64,000 bases of DNA from Clostridiales bacterium (GCA_004556925.1 SFFI01000009.1:11332-75331), one strand, 5' to 3'. Shown: positions 18,086-24,453, counted from the stretch's first letter. Notes: generated by a model not told the origin, from the letters alone. Numbers and translations are program-made.

Positions 18086-20117
18086 GACCTTATATACACC
18101 GCTTACGCTAGACGTACAGCACGTAAACTTTCCGGATGTGATCGCGGTATCCCGTGACACGCTCCGGGGCTGGCGGGTAACCCCGCTAAATGACGGAGCT
18201 TTGCTTGACCTGGCAAGTGGGGACAAGTGCGAGCTATGGTCTATAGGCGCAAGTCAGGACGTCCCTGTCTTTAGCCAGGGCCAAGTAGAGGGCGGCAAGC
18301 TGATCCTACCTATCCTGCCGGAGATGCTACAAGACGGGTACGTGACACAGACAGTAGTCCTTAAAAGGGCAAGCGGGACCGTCCGCTTTGGCTCTTTTAG
18401 GCTTTGGGTGGACGGCGCAGTAGACGACTATGGTAGCACTGGTGGGGCTGGCAAGTCCCAATGGCAAGATATGCTAGACAAGCTCAACGCGGCTATGGCC
18501 AAGGCTGAGCATTATCGCAACGAGGCTGAGACTAGCGCTAGCCTGGCCGCGGAGTGCCAAAAGAGGGCCTGCGAGTGCGCGACCAAGGCTGAGGGGAGTA
18601 AGACTCAGGCCGCTAGTAGTGCCCAAAAGGCTAAGTCTAGTGCAGACTCAGCGGCAAATAGTGCCGGTAATGCTCGGACCAGCGCCGCGGAGGCTAAGGC
18701 ATCCGAGACAGCGGCCAAGACTAGCGCAGACACGGCTAGTAGCAAAGCTACGCAGGCGGCGACTAGTGCTAGCAAGGCAAAGTCTAGCGAGACGGCAGCG
18801 GCGAGTAGCGCTACAAAGGCTAAGTCTAGCGAGACAGCAGCGGCAGAGAGTAGCAAATCCGCAAAGCTGAGTGCCGATAGCGCTGCCCAGTCTAAGGCCT
18901 CAGCAGCTACTAGCGCTAGTACAGCGACCACCAAAGCAGGTGAGGCCAGCCAAAGTGCTAGCGTCGCAGTAGACGCTAAAAATGCCGCGGTTACCGCTAA
19001 GGGCCAGGCTGCTGCCAGTGCTAGCGCGGCTAAGACTAGCGCTGGGTCGGCCAGTGCTAGTGCTACGAGTGCTGGCCAGTCTAAAACCGCCGCGGAAACC
19101 GCCAAAAGCAAAGCCCAAGAGATAGCCGACAGCCTACAGGGCACAGTGGACAACGCCAACCAGGCGGCAGACCGTGCTAATGCGGCCGCTAAAAAAGCCG
19201 ACCAAGCGGCGCAAACATCTCAGCCGGATGCTACAAATACAAGCAAAGGCATTGTCCAAATAGGTGAAGGGATAGAGGTAACGGACGGCATTATTAGTGT
19301 TGACTTATCCGGTAAATCCGACAAGACCCATACCCACAGTATCAGCGGCGTCAGGGGCCTAGACAAGGCCTTAGCTGACGCAGGCAAGGTCAAGTCCGTA
19401 AACGGGGCGACAGGCGATGTCAAGATCAACGCCGTGCCGGGTGGTGGCACTACTGGCCAAGTCCTTAAAAAGACCAGCTCCGGCTACGGCTGGGGCACGG
19501 ACAATAATACTAAGTATACCCACCCGAGCTCGCACCCTATCAGCATGATAGAGGGACTACAAGCGGCCCTCGACGGTAAAAAAGACCTTACGACGCATTG
19601 GATACGTAACAAGGATACACGTGCCGTCAACAGCACGCCTGCGTGGTATGTTGAAAATTTTAGTGACGGTTTGGTGCTCGAATTTAAGCAGTATAAAACC
19701 ATAGGTACACCTAGAGGGTCGAAAGGCGGTAGCTATAATTTTTTAGCTACTTACATCCCCTTTAGAGATGCTAGGGATTTTTCAGGCGGTCTGCCCACCC
19801 AGATGGCTTTTGCAGACGATCGTGTTTATGTGCGTGGGGCAAAAGATGGCACTGACCCTCTAAATTGGGGGCCTTGGAGGGAGCTAGCCAACACAGACGC
19901 CGTAAACGCTGTAAAAACCACCGTAATTAACAGCCTGACCAGCTCCAGCACTACTAGTGCCTTAAGCGCTAACCAAGGCAAGGTGCTAAACGAAAAAATC
20001 CTAAAAACCGATAAAAAATTTGGCGAGGTGAGCCAGATCAAAGTCCTGACACAAGCACAGTACAAGGCTTTATCGACTAAAGATCCAGGCACTTTGTACC
20101 TGGTAAAGGAGGGGTAA
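18075..20117 (+). CDS. Tail fibre / receptor-binding protein with a long Ala/Ser/Lys/Thr repeat shaft
   Basis: ATG at 18075 after gaggagg. About 230 aa of SAxxAKxS-type repeats, then a C-terminal globular region (THTHSISGVRGLDKAL...GWGTDNNTKYTHPSSHPISMIEGLQAALDGKKD). Confidence 0.75.
   Translation: MDDKTLYTPLTLDVQHVNFPDVIAVSRDTLRGWRVTPLNDGALLDLASGDKCELWSIGASQDVPVFSQGQVEGGKLILPILPEMLQDGYVTQTVVLKRASGTVRFGSFRLWVDGAVDDYGSTGGAGKSQWQDMLDKLNAAMAKAEHYRNEAETSASLAAECQKRACECATKAEGSKTQAASSAQKAKSSADSAANSAGNARTSAAEAKASETAAKTSADTASSKATQAATSASKAKSSETAAASSATKAKSSETAAAESSKSAKLSADSAAQSKASAATSASTATTKAGEASQSASVAVDAKNAAVTAKGQAAASASAAKTSAGSASASATSAGQSKTAAETAKSKAQEIADSLQGTVDNANQAADRANAAAKKADQAAQTSQPDATNTSKGIVQIGEGIEVTDGIISVDLSGKSDKTHTHSISGVRGLDKALADAGKVKSVNGATGDVKINAVPGGGTTGQVLKKTSSGYGWGTDNNTKYTHPSSHPISMIEGLQAALDGKKDLTTHWIRNKDTRAVNSTPAWYVENFSDGLVLEFKQYKTIGTPRGSKGGSYNFLATYIPFRDARDFSGGLPTQMAFADDRVYVRGAKDGTDPLNWGPWRELANTDAVNAVKTTVINSLTSSSTTSALSANQGKVLNEKILKTDKKFGEVSQIKVLTQAQYKALSTKDPGTLYLVKEG
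18523..19215 (+). repeat. Low-complexity coding repeat (Ala/Ser-rich heptad-like), including an imperfect 42/45-nt tandem duplication at 18768-18854
   Basis: ASKAKSSETAAASS (18768-18809) is followed by ATKAKSSETAAAESS (18810-18854). The surrounding sequence repeats the SA..AK.S pattern. Confidence 0.85.
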
Positions 20118-20120
20118 GAG

Positions 20121-20723
20121 ATGGCTATACAAGCAGGCAGTAGCGCCGTCACAGGCGTGTACCTTGGCGGCACCTCCATAAAGGCGGCATATATGGGGGC
20201 TAGCAAAGTATGGCCACCCTACATAGAGGTTATAGAGGATATCCCATATACGACCGAGACCCGTAAAAATACCAGCCAGTGGACCGACTATAAAAAAGTA
20301 TTAGTCAAGGGCGTGCCCGGCAAGCGCAAAATCTATAAAAAGCAGGATGGGACAGTGGTCAAGACGGAGATTTTGCAAGAGCCTGTAAAAGAGGTTATCG
20401 AGGTGGGTACTAAAAATCCTACGAGCTACCAAACAAGATATGAAACGGAAAAGATACCTTATGAGACAAAGACCAAAAGACTTTATGCCAACCGTTGGTC
20501 ATTTGGTAACAAACAAGTTTGCGTCTACCCAGATCTTGGTAGCGATTTAGACGCCGGAAGTAGTCGTGCTCAGCCCAAAGGCGAGTACGGGGAAAAAGAG
20601 CTTAAGTATGAGTACAAATACTATAAAAACCAATACAAATCCAAACGCTTACTCAGTGAGCGGATTACCAAAAACCCTGTAGATGAAGTAGTTTATGTGT
20701 GCATAAAGAACGAAGATCTCTAG
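20121..20723 (+). CDS. Tail-module protein with one clear and one degenerate G5 domain
   Basis: EDIPYTTETRKN...VKGVPGKRKIYKKQDGTVVKTEILQEPVKEVIEVGTKNP matches the G5 pattern. A second EKIPYETKTK...GEKELKY...PVDEVVYV copy follows. Confidence 0.6.
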   Translation: MAIQAGSSAVTGVYLGGTSIKAAYMGASKVWPPYIEVIEDIPYTTETRKNTSQWTDYKKVLVKGVPGKRKIYKKQDGTVVKTEILQEPVKEVIEVGTKNPTSYQTRYETEKIPYETKTKRLYANRWSFGNKQVCVYPDLGSDLDAGSSRAQPKGEYGEKELKYEYKYYKNQYKSKRLLSERITKNPVDEVVYVCIKNEDL

Positions 20724-20734
20724 GAGGGCAAAAG

Positions 20735-20842
20735 ATGGAGCAAAAGAAGAAAAAAGAAATGGAAATAACGAAAGAGATGGAGCGGGAGCTATCTACTAAT
20801 GGCGATATGCCGCCCAAGGACGTGGAGGTGGAAGATGAGTAA
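20735..20842 (+). CDS. 35-aa highly charged micro-ORF, translationally coupled to the endolysin gene
   Basis: SD taggaggg lies 7 nt upstream. The stop overlaps the endolysin start (ATGAGTAA). Confidence 0.3.
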   Translation: MEQKKKKEMEITKEMERELSTNGDMPPKDVEVEDE

Positions 20843-21554
20843 CTCGCCGCTTGTAGACTATACACTTTTAAGCCCTAATTGCGGCAATAATCCTGGCCAG
20901 GCTAAAAGGCTTTATCCTATCTCAAAGATCACAGTCCACCATACCGGGGGGAAGATCGGAGTAGAGGCCTTAGGGCAGGTATTTTTACCTATCGCAAGAC
21001 GGGCATCCTCTAACTACGGTATTGGCTTTGATGGGAGGATCGGCCTATACGTGCCGGAAAACATAAGAGCCTGGACGTCATCTAGTTGGCAAAACGACAA
21101 TAGGGCCGTAACAATCGAGGTGTCTAACTCAGCCTCTGGCGGTGAGTGGCCCGTAAGCGATTATGTGCTAGATAGGCTAGTAGAGCTTATGGTTGATATC
21201 TGTAAGCGCAATGGCATGCCTGGACTGACCTATGACGGCACACCTGATGGTACGCTCACGGAGCACAGGATGTTTGCGGCTACCCCTTGTCCTGGCCCCT
21301 ATCTGCATGAGCGGATGGGCGCATTGGCCGAGATAGTCACGGCCAAGGTTAAGGGCCTCCCTGCCCCTCTTGATAGCTTTGATCAAAAAAAAGCAAAGCC
21401 TCAAGAGGTATACCGGGTACAGCTAGGGGCTTTTTACGCTAGGAGCGGGGCTGAGCGGACACTAAAAGTCTATGACAAAATTTTAGCCCTGCCAGAAGTC
21501 CAAGCCCTGTTAAAGCCTCTTAAGCTTGATAATACCAAGCCGTACATACCCTAG
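20835..21554 (+). CDS. Endolysin: N-acetylmuramoyl-L-alanine amidase (Amidase_2/PGRP fold) with a C-terminal SPOR-like domain
   Basis: ITVHHTGG, NDNRAVTIEVSN and HRMFAATPCPGP motifs. C-terminal YRVQLGAFYARSGAERTLKVY is SPOR-like. Confidence 0.85.
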   Translation: MSNSPLVDYTLLSPNCGNNPGQAKRLYPISKITVHHTGGKIGVEALGQVFLPIARRASSNYGIGFDGRIGLYVPENIRAWTSSSWQNDNRAVTIEVSNSASGGEWPVSDYVLDRLVELMVDICKRNGMPGLTYDGTPDGTLTEHRMFAATPCPGPYLHERMGALAEIVTAKVKGLPAPLDSFDQKKAKPQEVYRVQLGAFYARSGAERTLKVYDKILALPEVQALLKPLKLDNTKPYIP

Positions 21555-21566
21555 GAGGTGGTGCCT

Positions 21567-22034
21567 ATGTGGCCAGAAAGCGTGCAAGGGTGGCTGACCC
21601 TTGCTGTCACCGCCCTGGGCGTGATAAGTACCGTTTCCGGGCTCATTAGTATGCTTTTGAGCAAGTACAAAAAGACCCTGCAAAAGTCCACGGATAAGCT
21701 GGAGGAGGTGTCACGCCTCCTAAAGGAGCAACAAGACATCAACGCCGCCCAAGCTGAGGCCGTGGAGGTATCTATTAAGGACAGGGGCGAGATCAAAGAG
21801 ACCCTAGACCGGATTGCCGTAGCCCAGCAGACACAAATGCAGATAGAGATAAGCAAAATCTCAGATCGGGCACTATCCAGGGGCAAAATAACCAGCCGGG
21901 AAAAAGCCAGTCTTGGCCCCTTGTGGGACGCCTATAAAAGTAACGGTTGGAACCACATTGAGCGGGGACGTGTCATATCGGCCCTAGAGTTACCCCTCGC
22001 CTACATAGACGAGGATAAAATTAAAAAGGAGTAA
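21567..22034 (+). CDS. Membrane-anchored coiled-coil protein of the lysis cassette (holin-like or holin accessory)
   Basis: One N-terminal TM segment (WLTLAVTALGVISTVSGLISMLL) followed by a charged coiled coil. Confidence 0.5.
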   Translation: MWPESVQGWLTLAVTALGVISTVSGLISMLLSKYKKTLQKSTDKLEEVSRLLKEQQDINAAQAEAVEVSIKDRGEIKETLDRIAVAQQTQMQIEISKISDRALSRGKITSREKASLGPLWDAYKSNGWNHIERGRVISALELPLAYIDEDKIKKE

Positions 22035-22039
22035 AATTT

Positions 22040-22291
22040 ATGGATTGGAACTTATTTATTATCCCCTTAACCCTTATCACAGTACAGCTACTTAAGACCT
22101 TGCCTATCGCAAGCAAGTGGCTACCCTGGCTAGCCGTTGGCATTGGGGGCCTCCTGGGCCTTGTCTGGGCCGTGGTACAGCCTGAGCCAAGCGGCATGGT
22201 GTACCTAGAGTATATCGTGCAAGGCGTGGTCTATGGAGCGTCTGCCTCTGGTATCTATGACGCCGGGGCTAGTATCACAAAGGAGGAGTAA
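22040..22291 (+). CDS. Holin
   Basis: 83 aa with hydrophobic segments and a polar C-terminus (GLLGLVWAVV...GASASGIYDAG), typical of Firmicutes phage holins. Confidence 0.7.
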   Translation: MDWNLFIIPLTLITVQLLKTLPIASKWLPWLAVGIGGLLGLVWAVVQPEPSGMVYLEYIVQGVVYGASASGIYDAGASITKEE

Positions 22292-22293
22292 AA

Positions 22294-22992
22294 ATGGCAA
22301 TTTTACAGCATAGAGTAGTCCTGTATCAGTACGACACAGAGACGATCGCAAGTATCTTTGATAGTCAAAATATCGAGTACACCTTTGAGGTTACGCCTAG
22401 CATGACTTTTGACGAGATCATCGCCAAGTCTAAAGAGGCCCTGCCAGCCTATGAGATCAGACAGCAGGAGATGGAGATCAAGCTACAGTCCGAGATAAAG
22501 GCTAGGGCATACGCCATGAGTCAAAAGCAAGAGGCCGAGGCGGCCAAGTTTAAGGCCGAGATGGCAAAAGCTGAGGCCGTAGCGGCCAAGACAAAAGCTG
22601 AGACTGACCGAGACCAGGCCATTGCCAAGGCCAGGGAGTGGCAAGACAAGCTGGCTGAGTACCTGACCGGGGGCGTAGTTGACCATGTGGGAGATGATAC
22701 TATCCTCCTATACGCCGAGTGGCAGGAGGGCTTAGCAGTAGATGCTGGCGACTGGTATCGGGTAGGCCTCCACCTTATCCGGGCTAAGGTAGACCATGTA
22801 ACGGCCCCCGAAAATGGCCCGGAGAGCGAGCAGGGCGCTGACTACTGGGAGGGCGTACCCTTTGAGCCGTCCGTCAAGTACCCTAAAGGCAAGGTTATCG
22901 AGTGGTCGGGGGTACAGTACAGGGCCCTAGTCGATACCGACAAAGACCCAGGCGAGGCCCCCGAAAGTTGGGAGCTTGTAAATAACGATTAA
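22294..22992 (+). CDS. Hypothetical protein with a central Ala/Lys/Glu coiled coil and two CBM5/12-like (chitin-binding-type) C-terminal repeats
   Basis: GDWYRVGLHLIRAKVDHVTAPENGPE...YWEGV and KGKVIEWSGVQYRALVDTDKDPGEAPESWELV resemble the W..G..Y.....H....P...W pattern. Confidence 0.45.
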   Translation: MAILQHRVVLYQYDTETIASIFDSQNIEYTFEVTPSMTFDEIIAKSKEALPAYEIRQQEMEIKLQSEIKARAYAMSQKQEAEAAKFKAEMAKAEAVAAKTKAETDRDQAIAKAREWQDKLAEYLTGGVVDHVGDDTILLYAEWQEGLAVDAGDWYRVGLHLIRAKVDHVTAPENGPESEQGADYWEGVPFEPSVKYPKGKVIEWSGVQYRALVDTDKDPGEAPESWELVNND

Positions 22993-23008
22993 ACGTGATA
23001 TAATAATC

Positions 23009-23080
23009 GCAGATAACTTGGTTGCGGGGTTCGGCCCGTGATCATCAGTCAAGGGGCTAGCCCCCTGGCTGATTATCTGC
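23009..23080 (+). other. 72-nt Y-shaped structured element immediately after the last late gene
   Basis: Outer stem gcagataa (23009-16) with ttatctgc (23073-80). Hairpin 1 spans 23020-23043. Hairpin 2 spans 23044-23073 (13 bp, loop ctag). Confidence 0.4.
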
Positions 23081-23094
23081 AAGCGCAAGCAGAG

Positions 23095-23129
23095 AGCCCC
23101 GCCATTACAGCGGGGCTTGTTTTTATTTT
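23095..23129 (+). terminator. Rho-independent terminator of the late operon
   Basis: agccccgc (23095-102) pairs with gcggggct (23110-117), followed by tgtttttatttt. Confidence 0.8.
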
Positions 23130-23134
23130 GGAAT

Positions 23135-23179
23135 AAAAAACCCCCACCTGGTCCGCCGGTCTCCGAGAGGCGTGTGGGG
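23135..23179 (-). terminator. Possible minus-strand terminator
   Basis: On the minus strand, ccccac...gtgggg closes a ~38-nt hairpin followed by T6 (the + strand A-run at 23135-23140). Confidence 0.4.
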
Positions 23180-23293
23180 TACTAACAAAGTCATTATAGC
23201 ATTTATTTTTAGGCAGATACGTGATACTATATCTAGTGTAAACCCGGTTACGGCTAGTACCTGTGACCGGCAGTCCAGGATAATACCTAGACT

Positions 23294-23376
23294 GTATGCC
23301 CGCAAACGCGGGTGTGGCTCATATAAAAAGCTTAGGCTTAGTGGGTCAAAAAAGTAGTGCCTGCAAACGCAGGTTG
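23294..23376. repeat. Two copies of a ~20-nt GC hairpin motif (tgcccgcaaacgcgggtg and tgcctgcaaacgcaggtt)
   Basis: Copies at 23297-23314 and 23358-23375, 61 nt apart. Each forms a 5-bp stem with loop aaac. Confidence 0.6.
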
Positions 23377-23405
23377 CCCCGTCAGCAATGGCGGGGCCTT
23401 TTTTA
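23376..23405 (+). terminator. Rho-independent terminator (+ orientation), convergent with the minus-strand operon
   Basis: gccccgtc (23376-83) pairs with ggcggggc (23390-97), followed by c + T6. Confidence 0.7.
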
Positions 23406-23409
23406 TTGC

Positions 23410-23766
23410 CTAAAAGCCAAGCCAGCCTGCTATCAGCTCGGCAAAGGTCTTACCTGTCTCGCTAGACTTAAGGTCTAAGGCCTGCTTGACAGCTGTAGGG
23501 AGGATAACCACCATCCGCTCCATGCCGGAGTCAGTGCTGCGTGCCCCCGGCTCAAAATGCTGACGATAGACGTCCTTATCAAGGCTTTTTTTGGCCCAGG
23601 ACCTGGCCTCTGCAAAGTCCAGGGGCTGTATAGGACGCTTTGCCTCGGGGTCATACATAAAGTACTCGCCCGTCTTTTTACGATAGAGCTCAAGACCAGC
23701 TAAGCCGCCCCCCACAAGGGAGGCGGTGTCAGTGTCATATACTCTACCTCTAATGATTTTACGCAT
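23410..23766 (-). CDS. Hypothetical protein with a C-terminal ribbon-helix-helix-like DNA-binding motif
   Basis: 118 aa. C-terminal MVVILPTAVKQALDLKSSETGKTFAELIAGWL fits the beta-alpha-alpha RHH pattern. The N-terminal YDTDTA...LYRKKTGEYF motif is not assignable to a named family. Confidence 0.6.
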   Translation of the reverse strand: MRKIIRGRVYDTDTASLVGGGLAGLELYRKKTGEYFMYDPEAKRPIQPLDFAEARSWAKKSLDKDVYRQHFEPGARSTDSGMERMVVILPTAVKQALDLKSSETGKTFAELIAGWLGF

Positions 23767-23775
23767 ATGCTCCTC

Positions 23776-24099
23776 CTAGTAGCACTCGCTTAGCATGTCG
23801 GCGACTATGTCTTTTTGCTCTTTGTCGCTAAGCTCTGACCAGCTATACTCATCATCTAGCCAGGCGGGATCTACATCTAGGTCAAAGGTATATACGGTTA
23901 AGTCTTTATCTAGGTCGATATCACCAAAAGAGCCTTTTTGTCTTACGCCATAGACCAGCTTGGGCTCATCGTCATCAGCATCTACATACCAGTAGGCCTC
24001 CATGTTTGGCCAGCAGATTTGCTCTTGTACGTAGGGTACTAAGTTGTTTTTGATATCAAGTAAAAAGTCGCTTCTAAAATCTCCGGTGTAGTTTTTCAT
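23776..24099 (-). CDS. Strongly acidic 107-aa hypothetical protein
   Basis: About 26 Asp/Glu against about 9 Lys/Arg by hand count, plus 4 Trp. Purine-rich SD-like stretch upstream. First gene of the reverse-oriented operon. Confidence 0.55.
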   Translation of the reverse strand: MKNYTGDFRSDFLLDIKNNLVPYVQEQICWPNMEAYWYVDADDDEPKLVYGVRQKGSFGDIDLDKDLTVYTFDLDVDPAWLDDEYSWSELSDKEQKDIVADMLSECY

Positions 24100-24143
24100 G
24101 GTTATTTTTCCTTTCTTTGTTAAGGTCTTCCTTAACTGTCTTT

Positions 24144-24152
24144 ATGATATCA
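24144..24152 (-). promoter_or_regulatory. Extended -10 promoter element (TGATATCAT on the minus strand) for the accessory operon
   Basis: TG + TATCAT about 45 nt upstream of the ATG at 24099. It abuts repeat copy 1. Confidence 0.45.
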
Positions 24153-24153
24153 T

Positions 24154-24242
24154 GACAAACGCACAAACTCTATTGATAAACGCACAAACTTTAGAGGGCA
24201 AAATCGGGATAAAAAGGCTTATTTTAGACAAACGCACAAACT
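24154..24242. repeat. Three 16-nt direct repeats GA(C/T)AAACGCACAAACT (operator-like or arm-type sites)
   Basis: Copies at 24154-24169, 24175-24190 and 24227-24242. Start-to-start spacing is 21 and 52 nt. Confidence 0.85.
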
Positions 24243-24259
24243 CGAGTATGCCGCTAGCC

Positions 24260-24292
24260 TGGTAGCGCTTTTGGTAGCAATTTGGTAGCAAT
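24260..24292. repeat. Three phased TGGTAGC motifs, including a perfect tandem 11-mer ttggtagcaat x2
   Basis: tggtagc at 24260, 24272 and 24283. ttggtagcaat at 24271-24281 and 24282-24292. Confidence 0.8.
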
Positions 24293-24408
24293 CGCATTTT
24301 ATATAGGGTATAATAGCGTATGTTGAAAAAACCTATATAAGCGCTAAAAGCCCTGGCGCAGGGCCTTTCCAGGCGTTTATACACAAAGTCTAAAAAGTAA
24401 AAGAGTCT

Positions 24409-24453
24409 TTCGGGACCAAGAGGCCGCTGGTTCGAGTCCAGTCACTCCGACCA
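24409..24453 (+). other. attR candidate: 3' fragment (anticodon loop to CCA) of a tRNA-Pro(CGG)
   Basis: ttCGGga loop, ccaag, aggcc, T-arm gctgg-ttcgagt-ccagt, acceptor cactccg, then A-CCA. The 5' half is missing: no cggagtg, and no cttgg stem partner. Confidence 0.75.

Larger units (their letters stand above)
1..24453 (+). mobile_element. Right portion of an integrated siphovirus-type prophage (late regulator, packaging, head, tail, lysis, accessory locus). The left end with integrase and attL is outside the window.
   Basis: Uninterrupted same-strand series of recognisable phage late genes, followed by a tRNA 3' fragment at 24409-24453. Host-type genes start at 24484. Confidence 0.9.

Noticed and set aside
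18605-19159. 184-aa minus-strand ORF, plus 18619..18870 (+) and 18900..19118 (-), inside the tail-fibre gene
   Set aside because: They lie entirely within the Ala/Ser-rich GC-biased repeat tract, where stop codons are rare in every frame. The products are mirror low-complexity sequences. There is no RBS, and the fibre ORF is the coherent reading.
23009-23080. A phage-encoded tRNA
   Set aside because: It is 72 nt with a 7-8 bp closing stem, but it has only two internal hairpins, no GTTCRA T-loop, no D-loop GG and no 7-nt anticodon loop.
23123-23478. ORFs 23123..23305 (-), 23172..23357 (+) and 23296..23478 (+) in the non-coding region
   Set aside because: All cross predicted terminator hairpins or overlap the real minus-strand gene. 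None has an SD. The 60-61 aa lengths are just above the ORF-track cutoff.
23294-24242. CRISPR array or retron-like msr/msd
   Set aside because: There are only two hairpin copies and three 16-nt repeats with unequal spacing. No cas genes and no reverse transcriptase occur anywhere in the window.
24142-24384. 80-aa minus-strand ORF spanning the prophage end
   Set aside because: It runs through the three 16-nt repeats, the TGGTAGC repeats and the promoter of the accessory operon. It has no SD, and its composition looks non-coding.
24385-24453. A complete tRNA gene at the prophage/host junction
   Set aside because: Only the 3' half folds. There is no 5' acceptor strand (cggagtg), no D-arm and no 5' anticodon-stem partner (cttgg) upstream. 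I interpret it as the attR core duplicate.
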